DNA of 64,000 nucleotides from Planctomycetota bacterium (GTDB lineage: Bacteria; Planctomycetota; UBA8108; SXIK01), in contig CBDCXR010000004.1 of NCBI GenBank assembly GCA_965223845.1, forward strand, positions 7,616,001-7,680,000. Direction: 5' to 3'. Under the pieces are notes generated by a model that did not search any database, was not told the DNA's origin, and saw nothing but the letters and a program-made list of their open reading frames with translations. Positions 52,455 to 60,196 of the stretch are shown here, piece after piece. The stretch's first letter is position 1, and every line of letters starts with the position of its first letter. Position numbers and translations under genes: made by a program.

Positions 52455-54010
52455 CGCGAACGAACTCCCAGAATGACGGCCAGTACCGCGCTGAGGCCAG
52501 CGATCGCCAACGAGACCGCTCTCACCCGCCGCCGTGAGCGATCGCTGGTGAGGATTCGATCGATCAGCACTTCATCCAAAACGATGGCGTGACCGGTCCA
52601 CACCTTTTCGATGTTCTCAGCGGTCGTCCGATACGGAAACTTCGGTGCGTCGAAGACGCGGAAGCTGTCGTCGTTCGCGTCGTAGTCGTCGATGACGACG
52701 AAGTGACCGTTCTCGAACTGTTCACCGCCCGGCATGCGGACGGTTCGAATCGCGTGAACGATCGCTGGTTTGCTGCCTGGCCGCTTCAGTGATTCCAGGT
52801 CACCGCCGTAGGCGAGCGCCCGCGCGTTCGTCGCCTCGATGGTGGATTGGATCTGGGCGAGAGTGCTCTCAGGTTCGCCCCGCTCGATTCCCAGTGAGCT
52901 CGTCAGGGGGGCGAGTGGCTGCGGACGACCGAGCAGAGCTAGCGCCAGGTAGACGCTGTTCGCCGAGCAACCCGTTGGGATCGCAGTGGTTTTGTTCGAG
53001 TGGGAGGCCGGGCCAACCACGTGAACGGCAGCGAGAAGCGCGTCGAGATCACGCTCGGCGATGAACTCACTCTTTCCGAGCTCACCGGCCGAGTCGACCA
53101 CATAACCCGATCCCTCGGCCGAGTCGTAGACTTTCGTTCCCGGAGCGAGCTCGGCGAGGTAATCCTCCCGGAGCGCTGCGGCGTCGAACCGGATGGACTC
53201 GGGATCGATCTTTAGGAACACCTCTTCGCCGGGCCGCAGCAGGCAGTGGTATACGGTCCACTCGACTGGAGTCGAGCGGTTCCCGATCGCTTCGGATGCC
53301 GTGACTTCGATTTTGCAGAATAGCGCGAGATCCTCTAGCCCGGAGGGCAGTGGGATGGGGGGGCCAAGATCGGGATTTCGGATTTCGACCGGGAGCTTGG
53401 ATACATCCGTGTAGAGGCGGTATTCGACGAATGGCTGTCGCCGGGATCGGTCCATGACGAACGCCACCGCCGAGCGCGCCTTGTCGTCTCGGACGCAGAC
53501 GACGATCTGGTTACCGTCCTCGGAGATCGCCTGCGCCCAGGGGGCGACCAGTTTGACGTGACGAGCGAGCGCCCGGTCGTTGATACAAAAAAACTGCGCG
53601 GTACTGGGATGGAGAACGGCTCCGAACTCCGCTGGCGACGTCATCGTTTCGATGGCTTGCCCTTTCAGCGAGTTCGCTTCGCGGTTGTAGACTCGACCCC
53701 GGCCGGCCAAGGCATCCCAGCCGTACTCCGCGAACTGAGTCTTCCGCCCCGCGACGAACATCTCGAAGCTGAGATACTGCGCGAACCCCGGCTGATAGCG
53801 AGCAGCCCAGGATCCTCGATAGACTTCGGCCGGATGCTCCGTCAGCTTCTGTCGACTCTCGTACGTTGCGGCGATCGCAGACGGGGTGTTCTGCTCGGCC
53901 CACTCGACAAACCAGCGTTCGAGCTCCGGATCTCCCGTCGTTCCTCCCACCGTCGTCTTCGTCGCGAAGCTCGCGAAGACGACGCAGAGACAAAGGCACC
54001 GTAGAGACAT
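52442..54010 (-). CDS. Exported, C-terminally membrane-anchored peptidase C39-like protein (no ABC domains)
   Basis: Signal peptide, ~330-aa unknown N-domain, then GCSANSVYLAL (Cys), GHFVVID (His), VFDAP (Asp), KVWTGHAIVL and a C-terminal TM with a basic tail. Confidence 0.82.
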   Translation of the reverse strand: MSLRCLCLCVVFASFATKTTVGGTTGDPELERWFVEWAEQNTPSAIAATYESRQKLTEHPAEVYRGSWAARYQPGFAQYLSFEMFVAGRKTQFAEYGWDALAGRGRVYNREANSLKGQAIETMTSPAEFGAVLHPSTAQFFCINDRALARHVKLVAPWAQAISEDGNQIVVCVRDDKARSAVAFVMDRSRRQPFVEYRLYTDVSKLPVEIRNPDLGPPIPLPSGLEDLALFCKIEVTASEAIGNRSTPVEWTVYHCLLRPGEEVFLKIDPESIRFDAAALREDYLAELAPGTKVYDSAEGSGYVVDSAGELGKSEFIAERDLDALLAAVHVVGPASHSNKTTAIPTGCSANSVYLALALLGRPQPLAPLTSSLGIERGEPESTLAQIQSTIEATNARALAYGGDLESLKRPGSKPAIVHAIRTVRMPGGEQFENGHFVVIDDYDANDDSFRVFDAPKFPYRTTAENIEKVWTGHAIVLDEVLIDRILTSDRSRRRVRAVSLAIAGLSAVLAVILGVRSRWKR

Positions 54011-54122
54011 CGCTAACCCTTTCGTTGTGGGGCGAACTTTGCAAACGAGCGCTCGCGGTCGCGTCCAGTCGGACTCCGGCGCGGACTCCCAAGAGCAATG
54101 CGCGATTTCGGCGCGCCGGAGC

Positions 54123-54178
54123 GAAGAGAGTCGGGCGAACGCCGGTCGGCCGGCGACAGGCAGCTCGCTCGACTCTTC
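54123..54178 (-). other. Stem-loop between the precursor gene and the C39 gene
   Basis: AGAGTCGGGCGA(54127-38)/TCGCTCGACTCT(54165-76) with inner CGCCGG/CCGGCG. No U-tract. Confidence 0.5.
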
Positions 54179-54201
54179 CGGGCGATTCGGCCGACTCGTC
54201 G

Positions 54202-54597
54202 TCAGCGGCAGCTCGGTACCGACGTGCTGCACGACGGTCCGTACCAGACGCCGTTCTGGCAAGTCGTCGCTCCGCTCGGGCAATTGCCGATGCGAAGTTT
54301 TCCGCAGCCGTTCTGGTATCCGTCGTCGCAGGTAGTCCCCTGGTTCACGACACACGTATCCCAAGTGTTGTTGGGATCGCAGTACGAGCAGAAGCCGTTC
54401 GCCGGAGGACAGTTCGGAAAGGTCCCGTTCGCAAAGTTGCAATCTGCCGATCCAACATTGCAAATGCGATCGTTCAAGACGTCCTGGCCGACGATCAGAT
54501 CCGCACGCTCCGACCCGAGTAGCGGTGACCCCGAGAACTCTATGAACGTCAGTCCGAACGCCAAAGCGACGGAGAGACAGAGAATCGAAGATTTCAT
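54202..54597 (-). CDS. Secreted cysteine-rich precursor peptide (signal peptide + double-glycine-like propeptide + 12-Cys core)
   Basis: AAGGAG RBS, hydrophobic N-terminus, 'LGSERADLIVGQ', and 12 Cys in the last 94 aa, which are rich in Asn/Gly/Thr. Confidence 0.85.
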   Translation of the reverse strand: MKSSILCLSVALAFGLTFIEFSGSPLLGSERADLIVGQDVLNDRICNVGSADCNFANGTFPNCPPANGFCSYCDPNNTWDTCVVNQGTTCDDGYQNGCGKLRIGNCPSGATTCQNGVWYGPSCSTSVPSCR

Positions 54598-55124
54598 CGT
54601 TTAAGGCTCCTTAATCGAATCGTAGGCATCGCTAAATGAATTGCGCAGTTCAGGTCATAGGCAGCACCCCGCAGCATCGCTTCTGAACGTCTTCCAATTG
54701 TGTAGGCGCTTCGATCCTTCGCCGGGCCCACTGTATGTAGAGCGCGAAACGCATCGAACATTCGCAGCCTTTTCGCTCGAACTCGACGGCAGCGATTCGG
54801 TTCGATTGATAAGTGGTCGAAACGACGTAAATGAAGCTCGGGAGTAAAAATTAGTCGGTTCGAAGTATGTAGGCGCTTCTATGTTGACTCGTTCGTGAGT
54901 GAGCCATACGCTTCGTGTCGCGGGACTAACGCGCGGGCGCGCTTGCATTCGCGTACTTCGGTCTGCCTCGAAATCATTTCGTCGTCGTCACGAGGTGATT
55001 TCCCTTCGCTGCGATCGACTTCGATTCCCGAGCATCGTGAATTGCGCGATGCTGAGTTGTGGCCAGGTTCGGTCGCTGTCGATGCTGGACCGTGCGCTTC
55101 GGTCTCATTCGAAAGGGGGGATTC

Positions 55125-55673
55125 ATGCGAGCGAATTCTACGGAGCTTCGTTTGTCGTTTGCGAAACTCGTCGAGCGGCTGGAGTGGCGGCTCAGAAAAC
55201 GAACTCGGTACCTCGCGCGCGGGCGACTGTTGAGACGATTCGAGGTCGACGATTTGGTTCAGGAAGCTCTGTTGAGTGCTTGGCGACGATTCTCCGCGGT
55301 GAAGGAGCACCGCCGGGTTTCGTGGATGTGGCTCCAGGCGGTTGCGACGCAATCGATCGTCTCGGTCGCGCGGCGGGATCAAGCGAAGAAGCGGCGCGGC
55401 GATGGAAGTCGGGAGCAGACGCTCGAATTCGAGTTCGTCGGGAAGGCGGAGGATCCGGTGCTCGTCGCCCAGCAGGAGGAGGCACGGGAGAGAGTGCGCT
55501 CGGCCGTGACGAAGCTGCCACCGAGCGAGGCGATCGTCGTTTGCGCCGTGTACCTCGAGCAACAACCCGTGTGTCAGGTGGCGCGACGCTTGGGCATTCC
55601 GGTCGGGACGGTGTACCGTCGACTGTTTCGAGCGCGGCAGAGACTGAAGGGCTACCTGCAGGAATCGGAATGA
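55125..55673 (+). CDS. ECF sigma-70 factor, divergent from the Cys-rich peptide operon
   Basis: EVDDLVQEALLSAW, WLQAVA...SVARR..AKKRR and region 4 VARRLGIPVGTVYRRLFRARQRL. RBS GAAAGGGGG. Confidence 0.88.
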   Translation: MRANSTELRLSFAKLVERLEWRLRKRTRYLARGRLLRRFEVDDLVQEALLSAWRRFSAVKEHRRVSWMWLQAVATQSIVSVARRDQAKKRRGDGSREQTLEFEFVGKAEDPVLVAQQEEARERVRSAVTKLPPSEAIVVCAVYLEQQPVCQVARRLGIPVGTVYRRLFRARQRLKGYLQESE

Positions 55674-55789
55674 CCGGCGGGCCGTGTCGAGTAGCATCGA
55701 GAGCCGACCGCGGACGACGAGATCGAACGTCTCCCTGAGCGGCTGGTGAGCCGAACACGGCTCGGGGCACGCGTCGTCTGCCGCATCGC

Positions 55790-57712
55790 GTGGAGAAGGC
55801 CGTGCTCTGTGACCGACCGATACGATCCTCCAGACTCTCGGCGTTCCGCTGGCTCGCCGTCTTCATCGCGTCGTCGGCGCTCGACGCTCACGAGCGCGAA
55901 ACGCTGCCTCAGCTCGCGGACGAAGTGCCGCCGCGCGACTTCGACGAGTTGTGGGCCGGATTTGATCCTCGCGCGGAGCCGCTCGAGGTCGAGACGCTGA
56001 ACGAATGGCAGGAGGACGGTGTCCAGCTGCGCGTCGTGCTATTCCGCATCGGGATCTTCAAGGATCGGGCTGCGCGACTCGCCGCGGTCTACGGATTCCC
56101 GCGGAGCACTGCCGGTCGCGGCGAGAAGGTCCCCGGTCTCGTCCAGATTCACGGTGGCGGTCAGTACGCCGATTACCGCGCCTGTCTTCTGAACGCCAAG
56201 CGCGGCTACGCGACCGTCTCCATCGCGTGGGCCGGCCGTATTTACGCGCCGGACTACCGCGTGACGCCGTCGGAGGTGAAGCTCTTTTGGGACGGCGCAA
56301 CTGACGATCCGGCCTACCGGCCGACTACGGACTGGGGCGCTCTCGACGGCTACCACGCTCCGAGCCGAAATCCGGGAAACGCGTTTCCGAGCGTCAGATC
56401 CGCAGCCTGGACCTTTGACGCGGTCGAGTCGCCGCGGAACAGCGGTTGGTTCCTTTGCGCGCTCGCCGCTCGTCGCGCGCTCACGTTCCTCGAGCGGCAG
56501 CCCGAGGTCGACGCCGAGCGGCTCGGAGTGTACGGCCATTCGATGGGCGGGAAGCTCACGGTCATGGTCGCGTCGGATGCGCGCGTCCGGGCGGCCGCGC
56601 CGTCGTGCGGAGGCATCAGCGATCGCTTCAACTCGAGTGCACTCTATCGCACGACGCTAGGAGATGACGTTCAGCTCAAGCGGGTGTCGTGTCCCATCCT
56701 TTTTCTCTCGCCGTCGAACGACTTCCACGGACGGATCGGCGACCTGCCCCGCGCGCTGCGAGAGATTTCGAGCTCCGACTGGCGAATCACTTCGTCGCCG
56801 CACCACAACCATCAAGACACGCCGCAGTACGAAGTCGCCACGCTGCTTTGGTTCGACGAGCACTTGAAAGGCTCGTTCTCGTTTCCCGAGACGCCGCGGG
56901 TGACCGTTACGCTCGGCGCAGCGACCGACGTACCGACGGTCGCCGTGCGGCCGGATCGATCGAGACGGATCCTCGCGGTTGATGTCTTCTATACACAGCA
57001 CGGGAAGGATCGCGAAGGGCCCGAGGACCGCGAGGCGACGATGCACCGCTTCTGGCGTTATGCCCATCCCGTCGAAGGGGATGGCGTTTGGACCGCCGGG
57101 CTCCGCCTCGCGAGTATCGATCGCCCCGTTTGGGTCTACGCGAACGTGCTCTACGCTCTCGATGCGCCCGTGACGGGAGCGGGATACTATTACGCCGAGT
57201 TTACGTCGGCGCGGCTCAATCTGTCGTCGCCTCTCGAGACCGTGAGCGTCGCCGAGCTTCGCGCCGCCGCAGTTCGCGCGACGCTCGAACCGTCGACGCG
57301 GATCGAGGATTTCGCGGGCAACTGGGCGAAGGAGTGGTTCACGTATCGACCGGATGAGTGGGCCATCACGACGCACAAGCTTCACGACGACGTGTGGAAG
57401 GCGCCCGCGGGTGCGGCGCTCGCACTGAGAGTTCGTGCCGCGGAGGCCAATCGATTTGTCATCGTCATCGACGGACACGCGGCGGAGGTCGAGCTCGCGG
57501 GCGGAGGCGAGTGGGAGGACGTCGTCGTTTCTCCGAGCGAGTTCCGCGATCACGCCGGCGAATCCCTGCGGGGATGGAGTGGAATCCGGCGCCTGACGCT
57601 CGCTCCGCGAGAGAGACTGAGGCCAAAGCGCGGCGGCGCGGGCGAGCCCCGCATCGTCGGCGGGAACTGGCGTGGTCCCGCACCCGAGTTTCGCGCACTC
57701 CGCTGGCGGTGA
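55790..57712 (+). CDS. Secreted alpha/beta hydrolase (acetylxylan-esterase/dienelactone-hydrolase-like) with C-terminal CBM-like domain
   Basis: PGLVQIHGGG, nucleophile elbow GHSMGG, SNDFHG and PHHNH motifs. Confidence 0.85.
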   Translation: MEKAVLCDRPIRSSRLSAFRWLAVFIASSALDAHERETLPQLADEVPPRDFDELWAGFDPRAEPLEVETLNEWQEDGVQLRVVLFRIGIFKDRAARLAAVYGFPRSTAGRGEKVPGLVQIHGGGQYADYRACLLNAKRGYATVSIAWAGRIYAPDYRVTPSEVKLFWDGATDDPAYRPTTDWGALDGYHAPSRNPGNAFPSVRSAAWTFDAVESPRNSGWFLCALAARRALTFLERQPEVDAERLGVYGHSMGGKLTVMVASDARVRAAAPSCGGISDRFNSSALYRTTLGDDVQLKRVSCPILFLSPSNDFHGRIGDLPRALREISSSDWRITSSPHHNHQDTPQYEVATLLWFDEHLKGSFSFPETPRVTVTLGAATDVPTVAVRPDRSRRILAVDVFYTQHGKDREGPEDREATMHRFWRYAHPVEGDGVWTAGLRLASIDRPVWVYANVLYALDAPVTGAGYYYAEFTSARLNLSSPLETVSVAELRAAAVRATLEPSTRIEDFAGNWAKEWFTYRPDEWAITTHKLHDDVWKAPAGAALALRVRAAEANRFVIVIDGHAAEVELAGGGEWEDVVVSPSEFRDHAGESLRGWSGIRRLTLAPRERLRPKRGGAGEPRIVGGNWRGPAPEFRALRWR

Positions 57713-58149
57713 CCCGAACCACGAATCGGGAGCAAAAGGTCCCGCCGGTAGGGGAGTGCGGAGGGAAACTGAGCGGCGGTCCTCCTAGACGTCCCGCTAC
57801 GCATGCGCTCTCGCGAGCAAGTCGCCGACGACGAGTTCAGCCGGATGGCCTGCTCGACGCGCCGGCGCACGAAGGTCGTGAGGCGACCGGCGCTCTCGAG
57901 TCTCTGCTCTGGAGTCTACGATCGCCAGATCTCGAACTGGAACTGGATGCGGGACGAGTCTCGCGTGCGCGCGATTCCGTTCAGGCGGCGTACTCGATCC
58001 CGCGGGACGGACTCTGTCGAATGCGGGCCGCGCAGCGTCGCGCAACGAAGCCGCGAGCGTGGATCTTGCCGATCGCCTGGCTCGTCCTTGAAAATCGCGA
58101 GTCGAGTTGAGGATTTTCAAGGATCCGGAACGGATCGGATCGAGAAATG

Positions 58150-58180
58150 AAAAAAGGGACTCGGCGTTCCAAGTCCCTTC
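58150..58180 (-). terminator. Rho-independent terminator after tRNA-Thr
   Basis: Minus strand reads AAGGGACTTGG-AACG-CCGAGTCCCTT followed by TTTT. Confidence 0.8.
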
Positions 58181-58194
58181 GTCGCTATGTGAAT

Positions 58195-58270
58195 TGGAGC
58201 CACCTTCCGGACTCGAACCGGAGACCTGTTCATTACGAATGAACTGCTCTACCAACTGAGCTAAGGTGGC
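58195..58270 (-). tRNA. tRNA-Thr(CGT)
   Basis: 76-nt cloverleaf GCCACCTTAGCTCAGTTGGTAGAGCA-GTTCA-TTCGTAA-TGAAC-AGGTCTCCGGTTCGAGTCCGGAAGGTGGCTCCA with an encoded CCA. Confidence 0.97.
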
Positions 58271-58297
58271 ACTGCTGCCCGGATTCGAGAATTCCGG

Positions 58298-58325
58298 ATT
58301 TTAGCTCCGGCGCGAGGGGTGTCAA
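58298..58325 (-). promoter_or_regulatory. Sigma70 promoter of tRNA-Thr
   Basis: TTGACA-N16-TAAAAT, 27 bp before the tRNA 5' end. Confidence 0.75.
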
Positions 58326-58399
58326 CGTCCCGCGCCCGGGAGCTTCTTTCCGCTCGTTTCACTCGAGCGCGGCCGGAGAGAACCGGCGATTGCGCGGGC

Positions 58400-58435
58400 A
58401 ACAAGAAGAGGGCCGGACGCGCGCGCCCGGCCCTC
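58400..58435 (-). terminator. Probable terminator after xerC
   Basis: GAGGGCCGGGCG/CGTCCGGCCCTC stem followed by TTCTTGTT. Confidence 0.6.
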
Positions 58436-58485
58436 GGTGTTTCTCGTGTCGGCGCCCGCCGACCGGTCGATCTTCGATCGCGTGC

Positions 58486-59526
58486 CTACTGCCGCGGCTG
58501 CGCTTCCTCGTACGCCTCTTTCACGTTGTCCGTCGAGACGTGCGTGTAGATCTGCGTCGTCGAGAGGTGCTTGTGGCCGAGGAGCTCCTGCACCGTGCGG
58601 AGGTTCGCCCCGCGGTTGAGGAGGTGCGTCGCGAAGCTGTGGCGGAGCGTGTGCGGCGACGTCTTCTCGCTGAGGCCCGTCACCTTGATGTACTTGTCGA
58701 TGATCTTTCGGATGCTTCGCGACGAGAGACGGTCGCCGAAGCGATTGAGGAAGAGAGCGTCGCCGTCCTTCTCATTGATATTCGGCACCTGCGCGCGGAG
58801 CTCGATGTAGCGCTTGAGCGCCTGGAGCGCGAAGGAGCCGAGAGGAACGATCCTCTCGCGATCTCCCTTTCCTCGCGCGCGGATCAGCTCCTGCGTGAGA
58901 TCGATATCGCTGACGTTGAGTCCCGTGAGCTCGCTCACGCGGAGGCCCGTCGAGTAGAGCGTCTCGAGGATCGCGCGATCGCGCGAAGCCTGAAAGCCGT
59001 TTCCGACCGGCGCGTTGAGGAGCTTCTCCACCTCGTCGGTGCTGAGGAAGTGGGGGACCTTTTTCTCGACCTTCGGCGTCGGGATGTCCGCGAGAGGATT
59101 CGTCGCGACGTAGCCCTTTCGGAGGAGACACTTGTAGAAGCTTCGCACCGTCGCCAGCTTTCGGACGACCGTCGTCTTTTGGTAGTTCTTGTCTTTCAGG
59201 TAGGCGAGGTACTCGCGAATTCGCAGCGAATCGAGCTGCGTCGGATCGCACTTCGCTCCGCCCTGCTCGAAGAAGCGAAGGAACTGGTGGAGATCCTTCT
59301 CGTACGCGCGGATCGTTTCAGGAGACATGTTCCGCTCGTAGCGCAGGTAGTGGATGAACGTCTGCTCGAAGTCGACGTCCCCGGTATTCGCCGGTGGTGC
59401 CTCTACCTGATCCGCGGGCTCCGCGATGACCTGCTCGTCCGGCGAGCCTTGGTCCTCGCCGGGCGCGGCGGACTCGCTCTTCAGCTCGACTGACTCGGGG
59501 ATTGCCGTTTCGAGTTTCTCTTCCAT
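58486..59526 (-). CDS. xerC: Tyrosine recombinase XerC/XerD type
   Basis: ERNMSPETIRAY..DL, RDRAILETLYSTGLRVSEL, GKGDRERIVP and SPHTLRHSFATHLL..GANLRTVQELLGH..LSTTQIYTHV motifs. Confidence 0.9.
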   Translation of the reverse strand: MEEKLETAIPESVELKSESAAPGEDQGSPDEQVIAEPADQVEAPPANTGDVDFEQTFIHYLRYERNMSPETIRAYEKDLHQFLRFFEQGGAKCDPTQLDSLRIREYLAYLKDKNYQKTTVVRKLATVRSFYKCLLRKGYVATNPLADIPTPKVEKKVPHFLSTDEVEKLLNAPVGNGFQASRDRAILETLYSTGLRVSELTGLNVSDIDLTQELIRARGKGDRERIVPLGSFALQALKRYIELRAQVPNINEKDGDALFLNRFGDRLSSRSIRKIIDKYIKVTGLSEKTSPHTLRHSFATHLLNRGANLRTVQELLGHKHLSTTQIYTHVSTDNVKEAYEEAQPRQ

Positions 59527-59559
59527 CTCTTCTCTATCTCGCCCAGTCGGGCGGATCTC

Positions 59560-59766
59560 CTAGATCGACCGCAGCCGTTCCGGCACGATTCCTTCGATGA
59601 CCTCAAAGACTTCCTCTTGACTGAGCCCCGAGTCCTCTCCGTCGGCGCACCGAAAGAGCGCGCGATAGAGATCGATCGGATCATCTCGGTCGTACAGGAA
59701 GCAGAACTCCTGGTCCTCCTTGACCACGAACAGCGTGTCTGTCGTAGTGGCTTCGACCGTTTGCAT
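59560..59766 (-). CDS. Small acidic hypothetical protein (68 aa), likely co-transcribed with xerC
   Basis: ATG after GGAGA, protein-like 'LFVVKEDQEFCFLYD', and a 33-bp gap to xerC. Confidence 0.65.
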   Translation of the reverse strand: MQTVEATTTDTLFVVKEDQEFCFLYDRDDPIDLYRALFRCADGEDSGLSQEEVFEVIEGIVPERLRSI

Positions 59767-60196
59767 AGACCTGTCTCCCGAAGATTCGGTCCCGGGGGGC
59801 ACGAAATGGGCGCAGGGGCGCGGCGCCGATTGGCTTTCGCGGTCCGCGTTCTCCGCGTCGGATTCCCGCCGGAGCGAGATCTACTGTTCTTCCTGAAGGA
59901 CGACCGACCCCGCCGTGTGGCGTGGCCCCGCGCTTGGACAGCACGGGTCGGGTGGTCGGCGGCACTCCCGCGCCGGCTTGCGGCGGGGGGCGTGCTCCGG
60001 CTGCGTTCGAGCCGCCGGATTCACGGTTCGGGGCGGGTTTTGCGTCACCCAGATTCCCGGACCGTTCACACCAAAACTATCGGCCGGCGTCGTCGGGGAA
60101 CTTTACGGCGAATTCCGTAAATCCTGGGGTCCCGCCGGGCGCGCGCGGCGGGACGAGGGAATTCCGCGCGCGGAGGAAGCGAGTCGCGCGCTCGCT

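Noticed and set aside
57803-58150. 115-aa ORF between the hydrolase and the tRNA
   Set aside because: No RBS, Arg/Ser-rich, no recognisable motif, and it runs into the tRNA terminator.
58486-59526. Tyrosine recombinase beside a tRNA as an island integrase
   Set aside because: It has housekeeping XerC/D motifs (LRHSFATHLL, LSTTQIYTHV), lacks an arm-binding domain, and lies on the 5' side of the tRNA with its own terminator.
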